From: Bdellovibrionota bacterium
GTDB taxonomy: Bacteria > Bdellovibrionota > UBA1018 > CAIPTA01 > JAALKR01
Assembly (NCBI GenBank): GCA_965207455.1
Contig: CBDBMJ010000003.1
Coordinates: forward strand, 128,001-192,000
Length of the DNA stretch: 64,000 bases
Reading direction: 5' to 3'
Shown here: positions 38,416 to 48,462 of the stretch, one piece after another
Layout: each line of letters opens with the position of its first letter
How positions within the stretch are numbered: position 1 is the first letter of the stretch
The notes under the pieces: generated by a model
What the model saw: the letters and a program-made list of their open reading frames with translations, nothing else
What the model was told of the DNA's origin: nothing
Databases searched by the model: none
Program-made: the position numbers and the translations under genes

Positions 38416-39093
38416 ATGAAAAATATATTTGTAGTTTTGCTTTTTACGTTCTTTTACATCAGTTGTGCTTCACTTACCGGTCCAGTGGGGGATAATAACA
38501 TGGATTACGAAATGGATGATGCTCCTGAAGCAGAAGAAATTGCGGACATAGAGGGAGAAGAGGAAGAGCTGGAAGAGGAAATGGCTGAGATGGAAGAAAT
38601 TTCTCCAGATGAAAAAATGGCCAGCTATAAAGTGCGCAAGGGCGATACGTTAATGAAGATTGCGCATCATCTCTATGGAGATGTAAGTCGTTGGCGAGAT
38701 ATTCTTTCTTGGAATCAAGACATTATTTCCAAAAGTACTGACCTTTCCATTGGTTCACAATTAAAGTTCGTGGACACGAATCGATTTTATGTAAAGAAAT
38801 TAAAGCATTCCTACTTAATCCAAGAAGGAAATACCTTGGGTGGTATTGCTGCTCGTCTCTATGGACAATTCAGCAAATGGCAAAAACTACAGAATTACAA
38901 CTCTCGCTTGATTAGGGATCCAAATATTATCTACGCTGGATTTCTACTCTATTACAGCATTAGTAAGCAAGAATTAAAAGCGGCGAAAGGTGTGAAAATT
39001 AGTTCTCGCTCTAAGCGGCGCCTTCCCTCGAAGGTAAAGAGAATAAATCGTTCGCCTGCGGGTTTCAATAAGAAGTCAGCACCTAGTAAATAG
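38416..39093 (+). CDS. Lipoprotein with two LysM domains
   Basis: Lipobox ISC; YKVRKGDTLMKIA and YLIQEGNTLGGIA. Confidence 0.9.
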   Translation: MKNIFVVLLFTFFYISCASLTGPVGDNNMDYEMDDAPEAEEIADIEGEEEELEEEMAEMEEISPDEKMASYKVRKGDTLMKIAHHLYGDVSRWRDILSWNQDIISKSTDLSIGSQLKFVDTNRFYVKKLKHSYLIQEGNTLGGIAARLYGQFSKWQKLQNYNSRLIRDPNIIYAGFLLYYSISKQELKAAKGVKISSRSKRRLPSKVKRINRSPAGFNKKSAPSK

Positions 39094-39096
39094 GCA

Positions 39097-39129
39097 AGTT
39101 GCCCTTGCTAGGATCTAGCAAAGGCAATT
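39097..39129. terminator. Hairpin between convergent genes; related copies at 42213-42248 and 45813-45843
   Basis: TTGCCCTTGCTAG-GAT-CTAGCAAAGGCAA. Confidence 0.65.
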
Positions 39130-39146
39130 GATGGTAAACAGTTATT

Positions 39147-39743
39147 TTATTTTTTTGTGAAGCTTACCAGTAATGTAGTAAATTCATACTCCTCACCACT
39201 GATGATTATCTTATCCTTCACTATTCCGTTCAGGGGTAGCCCTTGGGTCGACCAACGATCCATCTCTTGTCCTATAGAGACTAAGATTACTCTTCTGTAT
39301 GTAGTTCTAAATGTTCCCGCAGGAACAGTGACTTCTACACCATCCTTTTGTTTAATAATTTTAGTGCTAATATCAGGAATCGCTCTCTTCTCTCCGTTCA
39401 CTCTGTATTCCTCTATTACACCTGTATCTCGATTGATCCTTACTATTTCTTCCTGATTTATAAGACCTTTAGATTCTATATGATAGAAAATAGAATTACC
39501 CTCCTCACTATGCACGAAACTCCTCACATGAATAGAGTCTTTACCATCAAGCTTGATAAGATAAATGGCTTCATCGCCCACCTTCCAGTCCTTTACATCT
39601 TGAGTAGCAAGCGTGGAGATTAACGCTGTTTTCATGGTTTGCGCAAGCTGCTTAGACAAATTAGGCTGAGCACCAGCGATAGTTGAACTTACTAAGCAGC
39701 CTGAGATTAGTAACGAAAATAGAGTTAATTTTAATTTTTTCAT
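39147..39743 (-). CDS. Secreted VPAG-motif protein (DUF3108-like), copy 1 of 4
   Basis: Signal peptide, DWKVGDE, INRDTG, VTVPAGTF, ends LVSFTKK. Confidence 0.8.
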   Translation of the reverse strand: MKKLKLTLFSLLISGCLVSSTIAGAQPNLSKQLAQTMKTALISTLATQDVKDWKVGDEAIYLIKLDGKDSIHVRSFVHSEEGNSIFYHIESKGLINQEEIVRINRDTGVIEEYRVNGEKRAIPDISTKIIKQKDGVEVTVPAGTFRTTYRRVILVSIGQEMDRWSTQGLPLNGIVKDKIIISGEEYEFTTLLVSFTKK

Positions 39744-39870
39744 AATGTTTCCTTTCAATTAGTTTGTTATGGTTTATATACATGCTAGACTAGCATTGAT
39801 ACACATCTTTTGCTGATGTGTCAGGAAATGTCAGACAATACAAATTTAATAACTCTGGAGGGTTGATAAA

Positions 39871-41616
39871 ATGAAATTTCAATGTAAAAAATATATTCTT
39901 GCTATAACGATAGTTGGTGTTTGTCTTTTATTAGGCAATATTGCACAAACAAATACAAATAAATATATACAAATGTTAGATACTAAAGAGCGCGTGTTGG
40001 GGGAAGCTATCGTAAAGTTTCGCCAAAAAGAAAGTCACACAACACAGGAAAAAATTCAAGCGACACAGAAAATGGAAAATATACTTCTTTCCATGGGAGT
40101 TTCCTCTTTTAAAAAATTTGCAACAGACAACCGGTTTTTCAAAGTTACATTGAGTAATGACAGGGACATGGCTCGCTTTCTAAAAGAGGCCAACAGAAAT
40201 CCAGAAATATCTTACACAGAGCCCAATTACATCTATAGATCAATCGGCTATCGAGACTCAGAGATTACTCCTAATGATCCGAATTTTCAGAAGCAATGGG
40301 CCTTACACAATACTGGTCAAGAGGATCCGCGGGGACAGGTGGGAATTGCTGGCGCAGACATAGGTGCATTAGAAGCCTGGAAAATAACCAAAGGTTCTAA
40401 AGATATAATAGTGGCAGTACTCGATACGGGCGTAGACTATAATCACAGAGACCTTTACACCAATATATACCGCAATCATGGAGAGATTGGGGATGGCAAG
40501 CAAACCAATGGCATTGATGATGATGGCAATGGCTTCATCGATGATTATATAGGATGGAATTTTTTCCATTCTAGTAACAATCCCATGGATAATAGTGTTC
40601 ACGGCACCCATTGCGCTGGAATAATCGGTGCAGAGGGTAATAATGACAAAGGCATAGTTGGCGTTTCATGGAATGTGCGCATTTTGCCTATTAAATTTAT
40701 GAGCCAACACGGAGTTGGAACAGTTGTAGGCGCTGCTCAAGCTATACAATACGCCACAAAAATGGGTGCCCATATTATGAACAACTCTTGGGGCGGACAT
40801 GAACATTCTCAAGCAATCCTAGACGCTATTAAAGAAGCCAAGGAAGCAGGAATTTTATTTGTGGCTGCCGCTGGAAATGAGACTCAGAATAGCGATACTA
40901 TTCCCCATTATCCATCTAGTTATCCAGAAGAAAATATCATATCTGTAGCAGCAACAGATAACTCCGATTATTTAAGTTCTTTTAGTAACTGGGGCAGGGA
41001 GCTTGTGGATATTGCAGCACCTGGAAGTAATATCTACAGTACAGTTCCAAACAATAAATATGCTAGCTATAGCGGAACGTCTATGGCTACCCCCCATGTG
41101 GCAGGGGCTGCGGCCTTGTTATGGAGTGTGAATAAAGAGATGACTGCAATAGAGATAAAAGATCGATTGCTTCGCTCCAGAGATACACGGTTAGCTCTAT
41201 CTCGTAAAATCCTGTCCAGTGGTCGACTAAATATCAATAATGCGATCCGTGGCATTTTCCCTGATCAAGTTCGAATTCCAAAAGAAAATGAATGGATAGA
41301 TGGTGATGCCATTGAGCCTGTTGAATCTTCCCATCCGTATGAAGGCAATTCTTCCCAAAAATGGGTAATTCATGGTCCAGAGAATGCGAAATTTATGCGA
41401 GTTCATTTCTCCCGATTGGAATTGGAAGAGAAGTTCGACTTTGTACATATTCTTGATAGTAAAGGGAATCGTATGGATGTTATTTCTGGTACATCCCTCA
41501 ATGGCACTACCTCATGGTTTGTAGTGGGAAATGAAATAACTATAAAACTTAAAACAGATTTTTCCGGAGCAGAATGGGGCTTTGCTATTAACAAATTTCA
41601 GTACATCGCACAATAG
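39871..41616 (+). CDS. Secreted S8 subtilase with propeptide and C-terminal CUB-like domain, copy 1
   Basis: DTG, HGTHCAG, GTSMATPHV triad; ESSHPY...FDFV...LKTDFS..WGF. Confidence 0.93.
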   Translation: MKFQCKKYILAITIVGVCLLLGNIAQTNTNKYIQMLDTKERVLGEAIVKFRQKESHTTQEKIQATQKMENILLSMGVSSFKKFATDNRFFKVTLSNDRDMARFLKEANRNPEISYTEPNYIYRSIGYRDSEITPNDPNFQKQWALHNTGQEDPRGQVGIAGADIGALEAWKITKGSKDIIVAVLDTGVDYNHRDLYTNIYRNHGEIGDGKQTNGIDDDGNGFIDDYIGWNFFHSSNNPMDNSVHGTHCAGIIGAEGNNDKGIVGVSWNVRILPIKFMSQHGVGTVVGAAQAIQYATKMGAHIMNNSWGGHEHSQAILDAIKEAKEAGILFVAAAGNETQNSDTIPHYPSSYPEENIISVAATDNSDYLSSFSNWGRELVDIAAPGSNIYSTVPNNKYASYSGTSMATPHVAGAAALLWSVNKEMTAIEIKDRLLRSRDTRLALSRKILSSGRLNINNAIRGIFPDQVRIPKENEWIDGDAIEPVESSHPYEGNSSQKWVIHGPENAKFMRVHFSRLELEEKFDFVHILDSKGNRMDVISGTSLNGTTSWFVVGNEITIKLKTDFSGAEWGFAINKFQYIAQ

Positions 41617-41736
41617 GGATTATTTCATCCTTTTTTGAAGCTCTCTAGCGATGTAAAAAGTCTGTGCCCATCACTAGTTTTCATTAAATTAAGACAGTTA
41701 TGGATCCAAGGGATCAGCTAAAGAAGTCGTACAAAC

Positions 41737-42211
41737 TGTTCATGACCCTCATTTGAGCTAGACACCTCCTAACCGAGGAGATGCAGTATGCAGAAATATC
41801 GAAAAAACCATTGGTGAGATTTCGCTGCAAAATCAAATTTTTAAAACAGCAAATGAAATTCTCAAAAAAAAACAGCGACGAGGAAAGTTCAGCTCGCCAA
41901 AGAAGTCATCCAGGAAATAGGTGCTGATATGAAGAAATCTATTATTTGTAAAACTTTAGAAGTTTCGCGCTCATCAATTTATTGGAAGCCGAAAGGAAAA
42001 ACTGTAACAATAAGGTAACTGCGAAAAGACCAACCTATGGACAGAAAAGGATTATGTATCAGACTGCGTTGATTCAAAGACAACCTTGAGAATGCTGAAA
42101 GGTTGGTTTAAAGATTATAATAAAGAGGCTCCACATTCAGGACTTGGAATGATGAGTCCTTTGGAGTATAAAAAATTAACCGAGGTGTCTCGTCAAATGG
42201 AGACCAAAGCA
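41737..42211 (+). mobile_element. Internally deleted IS3-family remnant (475 bp)
   Basis: TG...CA ends with imperfect inverted repeats, AAAC duplication on both sides, transposase fragments ICKTLEVSRSS and DYNKEAPHSGLGMMSPLEY. Confidence 0.8.
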
Positions 42212-42262
42212 AAACTGCCTTTGCTATATTAATCTAGCAAGGGCAGTTGGCAATAAAAATGG

Positions 42263-42868
42263 TTATTTTACTTTTGTGAAACTTACCAGCGATAAAGTAA
42301 CTGTAGGGCCACCGGCTTTTGTTTTCATTTGTACTATTCCTTCCATGGCAGTGTCTCTTTCGTTTATCCAAAATTCTAATATTTCCTTTTGTCCATTAGT
42401 CATAGATTTTGCTTTTACATAAACAGTATGGAACTCTCCTGCAGGAACAATGATTTCTCCGCCATCGGCTTGTTCAATAACTTCGATGTTGCTCTCAGGG
42501 GGAGTCTTCGCTTGTCCGTCTTCTATATATTCCTCTATTTCACCTGTATCTCGATTGATTTTTGCTTTTACTTCCTTTTTTGTGGATACTGTAATTTCCG
42601 TATGAACCCAAACAGAGTTGCCGATTTCACTGTGCACAAAACTCCTCATACGACCTATTTTGCCAGCAAGTCCGGCATCGATAACAAAGATAACCTCATC
42701 GCCTACCTTCCAGTCGATTGAGCGCTGGATAGCAAGATTGGAGATTAGTTGTGTTTTCACAGCTTGTATAAGTTGCTTAGAGAAATTAAGCTGAGCACCA
42801 ACGATGATTGGACTCACTAAGCAGCCTAAGATTAGTAACGAACATAGAGTTAAACTTAATTTTTTCAT
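42263..42868 (-). CDS. Secreted VPAG-motif protein, copy 2
   Basis: DWKVGDE, INRDTG, IIVPAGEF. Confidence 0.8.
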   Translation of the reverse strand: MKKLSLTLCSLLILGCLVSPIIVGAQLNFSKQLIQAVKTQLISNLAIQRSIDWKVGDEVIFVIDAGLAGKIGRMRSFVHSEIGNSVWVHTEITVSTKKEVKAKINRDTGEIEEYIEDGQAKTPPESNIEVIEQADGGEIIVPAGEFHTVYVKAKSMTNGQKEILEFWINERDTAMEGIVQMKTKAGGPTVTLSLVSFTKVK

Positions 42869-43037
42869 AATATTTCCTTTCAATTAGTTTGTTATAATTT
42901 AGTTCACAGTACAGTTTTAATCCTAGTACTGGACTATAGAGCTAATCAAGTAAATTTTGTGGAAAATTTAGAATTTAGTGAAATCAGTGGAAAAAAGAAT
43001 TAATACCACAGGAATAGACCGGGCGCAAAATGGTTAC

Positions 43038-43655
43038 TTATTTTTTTGTGAAGTTCAGCAGTGACGTAGTAATAATGGTAATCTCACCATTGGATTTTAC
43101 TGTCGTCTTACGTCGTACCAGTCCTCTCATGGTAGTGTCTCTTTGGTTTAGCCAAAATTCAAACTTTCGTTCTGCACTATCACCCTTCTTGGATTTCGCC
43201 TTTATATAAACAGTATGAAATTCTCCTGCAGGAACGGTGATTTTTCCACCGTCGGCTTGAACAATAATTTCAAGAGGATCCACATAAGGAGTGGCTACTT
43301 GTCCGTCCTCTAAATATTCCTCTATTTTAGCTGTATCTCGATTAATTTTTGTTCTTACTTCCCTGTTTACAAGGCCTGTAATTTGCATATGAATCCAAAT
43401 GGAGTCACCCACTTCGCTGTGTACAAACTCCTTTATACGAACTGCTTCAAGATCTCCAATCATAACAACAAAGTTGGCCTCATCGCCTACTTTCCAATCA
43501 ATTAAACGGCGAAGAGCAAACGTGGGGATTAAATTTATTTCAAGGGCTTGCATGAGCTGCTTGGATAAATTAGGTTGTGCGCCGGACGGAATGGAACTTA
43601 CTAGACAGCCTAAGGCTAGTAACGAACACAGGGTTAAACTTAATTTTTTCATCAT
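43038..43655 (-). CDS. Secreted VPAG-motif protein, copy 3
   Basis: DWKVGDE, INRDTA, ITVPAGEF. Confidence 0.8.
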   Translation of the reverse strand: MMKKLSLTLCSLLALGCLVSSIPSGAQPNLSKQLMQALEINLIPTFALRRLIDWKVGDEANFVVMIGDLEAVRIKEFVHSEVGDSIWIHMQITGLVNREVRTKINRDTAKIEEYLEDGQVATPYVDPLEIIVQADGGKITVPAGEFHTVYIKAKSKKGDSAERKFEFWLNQRDTTMRGLVRRKTTVKSNGEITIITTSLLNFTKK

Positions 43656-43783
43656 GATATTTCCTTTCGATTAGTTTATTCCGGTTTATATAATTATGTT
43701 ATACTAGCACTGAATACACATCTTGCTGATGTGTCAGGCAATGTTAGATAATACAAAATTAATAACTCTGGAGGGTTGCTAAA

Positions 43784-45502
43784 ATGAAATTTCAATATAA
43801 AAAATATATTCTTACTATAACGATAGTTGGTGTTTGTCTTTTATTAGGCAATATTGCTCAAACGAATACAAATAAATATATACAAATGTTAGATACTGAA
43901 GAGCGCGTATTGGGAGAGGCTATAGTAAAGTTTCACCAAAAAGGAGACCATGTGATGCAGGTAATGGGGAACACATTGCTTTCCATGGGAGTTTCGTCTT
44001 TTAAAGTGTTTGCAACAGATAATCGATTTTTCAAGGTTACATTGAATAACGACAAAGATATGGCCCGTTTTTTAAAAGAGGCCAACAAAAATTTAGAAAT
44101 ATCTTATGCAGAGCCTAATTATATCTATAAAGCAACCGGCTATCAAAACTCAAAAGCTATTCCCAACGATATAGGTTTTCAGAAGCAATGGGCTTTACAC
44201 AATACCGGTCAAGAAGCGGCAGGGCACGTGGGAATTGTTGGTGCAGATATAGATGCATTACAAGCCTGGAAAATAACCAAAGGTTCTAAAGATATAATAG
44301 TGGCAGTAATCGATACGGGCGTGGACTATAATCACACAGACCTTGCTGCTAACATATACCGGAATCCCGGAGAAAATGGAGATGGCAAGGAAACCAATGG
44401 CATTGATGATGATGGCAATGGTTTTATTGATGATCACGTAGGCTGGAATTTTAGTGCTTCTAATAATGATCCCATAGATAAAAATGGTCATGGCACTCAT
44501 TGCGCTGGAGTAATCGGTGCAGAAGGTGATAATGACAAAGGCATAGTTGGCGTTTCATGGAATGTGAGCATCTTACCCATTAAGTTTCTTGGGCTAATAG
44601 GAGGAACAACTGAACATGCCGTTCAATCTATACAGTACGCTACAAAAATGGGTGTTCATATTATGAGTAACTCTTGGGGTGGGGGCTTTTTTTCTCAAGC
44701 AACCAAGGATGCTATTGAGGAAGCTAAAGAAGCAGGTATTTTATTTGTGGCTGGCGCTGGAAATAATGCCAGTAATAACGGTGTTAACCCCTTTTATCCA
44801 GCCAGTTATCTAGAAGAAAATATCATATCTGTAGCAGCAACAAATAACTCCGATTATTTAAGTTCTTTTAGTAACTGGGGCAGGGAGCTTGTGGATATTG
44901 CAGCACCTGGAAGTAATATCTACAGTACAGTTCCAAACAATAAATATGCTAGCTATAGCGGAACGTCTATGGCTACCCCCCATGTGGCAGGGGCTGCGGC
45001 CTTGTTATGGAGTGTGAATAAAGAGATGACTGCAATAGAGATAAAAGATCGATTGCTTCGCTCCAGAGATACACGGTTAGCTCTATCTCGTAAAATCCTG
45101 TCCAGTGGTCGACTAAATATCAATAATGCGATCCGTGGCATTTTCCCTGATCAAGTTCGAATTCCAGAAGAAAATGAATGGATAGATGGAGAACTTGTTG
45201 AGCCTGTTGAATCTGCTCATCCGTATACAGATCGCCTTTCCCAAAAATGGGTGATTCGTGGTCCAGAGAATGCGAAATTTATGCGAGTTCATTTCTCCCG
45301 ATTGGAATTGGAAGAAAAGTTCGATTTTATACATATTCTTGATAGTAAAGGAAATCGTATGGATGTTATTTCTGGTACATCCCCCAATGGCACCAACTCA
45401 TGGTTTGTGCTGGGAAATGAAATAACCATAGAGCTTAAAACAGATTTTTTCGGAACGAGATGGGGCTTTGCTATTAATAAATTTCAGTACACTACACAAT
45501 AG
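43784..45502 (+). CDS. Secreted S8 subtilase with CUB-like domain, copy 2
   Basis: Same triad motifs; close paralog of 39871-41616. Confidence 0.93.
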   Translation: MKFQYKKYILTITIVGVCLLLGNIAQTNTNKYIQMLDTEERVLGEAIVKFHQKGDHVMQVMGNTLLSMGVSSFKVFATDNRFFKVTLNNDKDMARFLKEANKNLEISYAEPNYIYKATGYQNSKAIPNDIGFQKQWALHNTGQEAAGHVGIVGADIDALQAWKITKGSKDIIVAVIDTGVDYNHTDLAANIYRNPGENGDGKETNGIDDDGNGFIDDHVGWNFSASNNDPIDKNGHGTHCAGVIGAEGDNDKGIVGVSWNVSILPIKFLGLIGGTTEHAVQSIQYATKMGVHIMSNSWGGGFFSQATKDAIEEAKEAGILFVAGAGNNASNNGVNPFYPASYLEENIISVAATNNSDYLSSFSNWGRELVDIAAPGSNIYSTVPNNKYASYSGTSMATPHVAGAAALLWSVNKEMTAIEIKDRLLRSRDTRLALSRKILSSGRLNINNAIRGIFPDQVRIPEENEWIDGELVEPVESAHPYTDRLSQKWVIRGPENAKFMRVHFSRLELEEKFDFIHILDSKGNRMDVISGTSPNGTNSWFVLGNEITIELKTDFFGTRWGFAINKFQYTTQ

Positions 45503-45847
45503 AGCTGAGGGTAAAAAAATATTTTCCTACTTTTCAGACAATGAATATACAAGTGCGTAAGGTTGTTTTCCGCTTATTCCTTCGGGCACATTAAAGCCTT
45601 TGGCCGTGAGAGCTCCCTATGTTTATGTTGGAAAGGTCACTTGCTAATTTCATGTTGCTCGTATAACCAGCAATTCATTTATTTGTAAAAAAATAAAGCA
45701 TTCAATTATCTTAGACACCGCAATGCACTTGGAATATGATTCAGTAGTTGTGCGCCTTAAGTCGAGAGAGACCACTGCCAAGAATACAAGAAAGTTAGGG
45801 CAGTCGCACAAATGCCCTTGCTAGTATTGGTATAGCAAAGGCAATTG

Positions 45848-45880
45848 GCGATAAGCGATAAGCGATAAGCGATAAGCGAT
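45848..45880. repeat. 7-bp tandem repeat (GCGATAA), four full copies plus GCGAT
   Basis: Read directly from the sequence. Confidence 0.9.
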
Positions 45881-45885
45881 GATCT

Positions 45886-46491
45886 CTATTTTATTTTTGT
45901 GAAACTCACCAGCGATAAGGTAATTTTAAAACCACTAGCTTTTGTTTTTAGTTGTACCATTCCTTCCATGGTAGTGTCTCTTTGGTTTAGCCAAAGTTCT
46001 AACACTTGCTCTCGCCCATTAGTCGTGGATTTCGCTTTTATGTAGACAGTGTGGAATGTTCCTGCAGGAACGGTGATTTCTCCGCCGTCGGCTTGATCAA
46101 TAACTTCAAGAGAGCTATCAGGAGGAGTCTTTGCTTGTCCGTCTTCTATATATTCCTCTACTTCACCTGTATCTCGATTGATTTTTGCTTTTACTACCTT
46201 ATTCATCTGGCCTGTAATTTCCGTATGCAGCCAGATGGAGTTGCCGACTTCACTGTGTACAAACTTCTTCATACGACCTACTTCGCCAAAAAATCCAGCC
46301 TTAATAACAAAGTTGGCCTCATCGCCTACTTTCCAATCAATTAAACGCTGGATAGCAAAATTAGGGATTACACTTGTTTCCAGGGTTTGTATGAGCTGTT
46401 TCGGTAAATTAGGCTGCGCGCTAGATGGAACGGGACTTACTAGACAGCCTAAGACTAGTAGCGAACACAGGGTTAAACTTAATTTTTTCAT
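45886..46491 (-). CDS. Secreted VPAG-motif protein, copy 4
   Basis: DWKVGDE, INRDTG, ITVPAGTF. Confidence 0.8.
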   Translation of the reverse strand: MKKLSLTLCSLLVLGCLVSPVPSSAQPNLPKQLIQTLETSVIPNFAIQRLIDWKVGDEANFVIKAGFFGEVGRMKKFVHSEVGNSIWLHTEITGQMNKVVKAKINRDTGEVEEYIEDGQAKTPPDSSLEVIDQADGGEITVPAGTFHTVYIKAKSTTNGREQVLELWLNQRDTTMEGMVQLKTKASGFKITLSLVSFTKIK

Positions 46492-46607
46492 GATATTTCC
46501 TTTCGGTTAGTTTGTTATACAAAAATAAGACACATTACGTTTCTATTAATAACACTGAATCCACGTCATTTGCTTTTTTGTCAGGTCATGTTAGGCTTTT
46601 CCATACG

Positions 46608-47429
46608 ATGTTAGACTTCCTTACAATAAAGCCTGCGAAAGCATCCCTGATCCTACTTTTTTGTTTTTTCTGCGCATCCTGCAGCCATGGCCCGCAAATT
46701 TCTCCCTTTCCCTATGTTTTGAGTCGTTCCGAGGTGGCTGTGCTCAAGCAAGCGATACGCAAGAAAGTGGAACGTCGCTACTCCTTGTTACAGGACAAGC
46801 AGGTGGGACGTTATGTTAATACCATTGGCCAGTCCATTATTGCTCGTAATCCGCAAATGCCTCCCCTGCCCTATATCTTTAAAGTTTTACAGGACCGATC
46901 CTTTCATATTTTTTCCCTACCCGGCGGCGTTGTATACATTACCACGGGAGCCATCCGTGCCTTTACCTCTGAGGGTATCTTGGCCGCAGCCCTAGCCCAC
47001 GAACTTGCTCACCAAGAAAAGGGTCATTTTTTGCTCGTGTGGAAGCAGCGTGTGGAGAAAGGTGCCTCTCCGGAAAAAATCACTGCTTCACTTCTTGCCC
47101 ACGTCCAACCCAACTTATTCCAAAAGGATGGGCTATTTTATTACGGAAACGCTTTAGAAAAAGAAGCGGACGAGAAGACCCTGACACTCCTATACCAAGC
47201 AGGTTTCGATCCTCGATTTTTTCTTAGCTACTTGAATCTATTGGATCGCCTAAGTGCAAAGAAAAAACAACAACTCTACCTTCAGTCCTCTCTCCACCCC
47301 CCTACCAAGGATCGCCTGTCTTGGACGCAAAAATTCTCACGCACGTTCTTGCCGAAGAAGTATAAAAAGAGAAGTTATGCTACCCTTAAAGATATCCAAC
47401 GTCGTTTAAAAAAAAGCAGGAAGCCATAG
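46608..47429 (+). CDS. M48 family metallopeptidase, probable lipoprotein
   Basis: FSLPGG, LAHELAH, EKEAD, GFDP, HPP...R. Confidence 0.85.
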   Translation: MLDFLTIKPAKASLILLFCFFCASCSHGPQISPFPYVLSRSEVAVLKQAIRKKVERRYSLLQDKQVGRYVNTIGQSIIARNPQMPPLPYIFKVLQDRSFHIFSLPGGVVYITTGAIRAFTSEGILAAALAHELAHQEKGHFLLVWKQRVEKGASPEKITASLLAHVQPNLFQKDGLFYYGNALEKEADEKTLTLLYQAGFDPRFFLSYLNLLDRLSAKKKQQLYLQSSLHPPTKDRLSWTQKFSRTFLPKKYKKRSYATLKDIQRRLKKSRKP

Positions 47430-48449
47430 ATGGAAGCGTATAAAAATATATTAAAAACAAGCTGCTCAGCAATTCTCTCCAATACAAAAGTCGATGGCTT
47501 CACTATAGAGCCCTTAGCAGGTGATGCTTCTTCTCGTCGATATTTCCGGATATGCCACACCTCTGGCCAAGAAAAAAGCTTTGTGCTGGTCCTGGGAGAT
47601 AAATTCCTTCCCCAAGAAAATTCCTTTCTTCGAATCCAAGACTTACTAAGCAGCAACGGAGTGAATGTGCCCACGATACTAGCCGTACTAGAAGAAGAGG
47701 GGGCGATCCTCCAAGAAGATTTAGGTGGTACAAATATGCTCCAAGCCATGAGCACATCTCCCATGATGACCTCCTCGGAGATTTTCCATTTTTTCCAAAA
47801 ACCCCTGGACCTTATGTTTCGCATCCATGGAGCCAAACCCAAGAATAAAAATCAAGAGAAAGCTTTCCTGCGTGCTTTCGACGAAAAACTATTCCTATGG
47901 GAAGTGAATTTCACCATAGAGCATTTTTTCACAAAGTACTTGGGAAGGAAAATGAAGGAGCAGGACAGGAATAGTATTTATGAGGATTTTAGGAATATCT
48001 GTGGTCATTTATTAAAAGAGCCTCAGGTATTTGTTCACAGAGATTTCCATACAAAAAACATTATGTTTACAGAGGACAAGCGCTATGTGAGCATTGATTT
48101 TCAAGATGGATGCATGGGACCTCCACACTATGATCTTGCTTCCCTCTTAAGAGATTCCTATTACTCCCTGTCGGAAGAAAATGTATACAAATTATTGGAA
48201 TACTATATGGACCTTTGGGATACATCTGAAAAACTAGACAGAGTTCACTGTAGGCGTATTTTTGACTTAATGAGTATTCAACGTAACTTTAAAGCTATCG
48301 GCAGTTTTGCTTCCTTCTATACTCGAAGGGGCGACATCCGTTATCTGCACTTTATTGGAAACACCTTTCAAAATGTTCAAACGAATTTAACAAAATTTCC
48401 TGAATATAAAAACCTCCAAGAGCTTTTGCTCCACTACTATCATCTATAA
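47430..48449 (+). CDS. amgK: Anomeric MurNAc/GlcNAc kinase AmgK-like phosphotransferase
   Basis: LAGDASSRRYFR, HRDFH..N, DFQD, YDLASLLRD; precedes a murU-like gene. Confidence 0.8.
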   Translation: MEAYKNILKTSCSAILSNTKVDGFTIEPLAGDASSRRYFRICHTSGQEKSFVLVLGDKFLPQENSFLRIQDLLSSNGVNVPTILAVLEEEGAILQEDLGGTNMLQAMSTSPMMTSSEIFHFFQKPLDLMFRIHGAKPKNKNQEKAFLRAFDEKLFLWEVNFTIEHFFTKYLGRKMKEQDRNSIYEDFRNICGHLLKEPQVFVHRDFHTKNIMFTEDKRYVSIDFQDGCMGPPHYDLASLLRDSYYSLSEENVYKLLEYYMDLWDTSEKLDRVHCRRIFDLMSIQRNFKAIGSFASFYTRRGDIRYLHFIGNTFQNVQTNLTKFPEYKNLQELLLHYYHL

Positions 48450-48462
48450 TGATTCATAGATT

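Noticed and set aside
45503..45812. Possible pseudogene or ncRNA after the second subtilase
   Set aside because: No recognisable protein motif or convincing RNA structure by eye.
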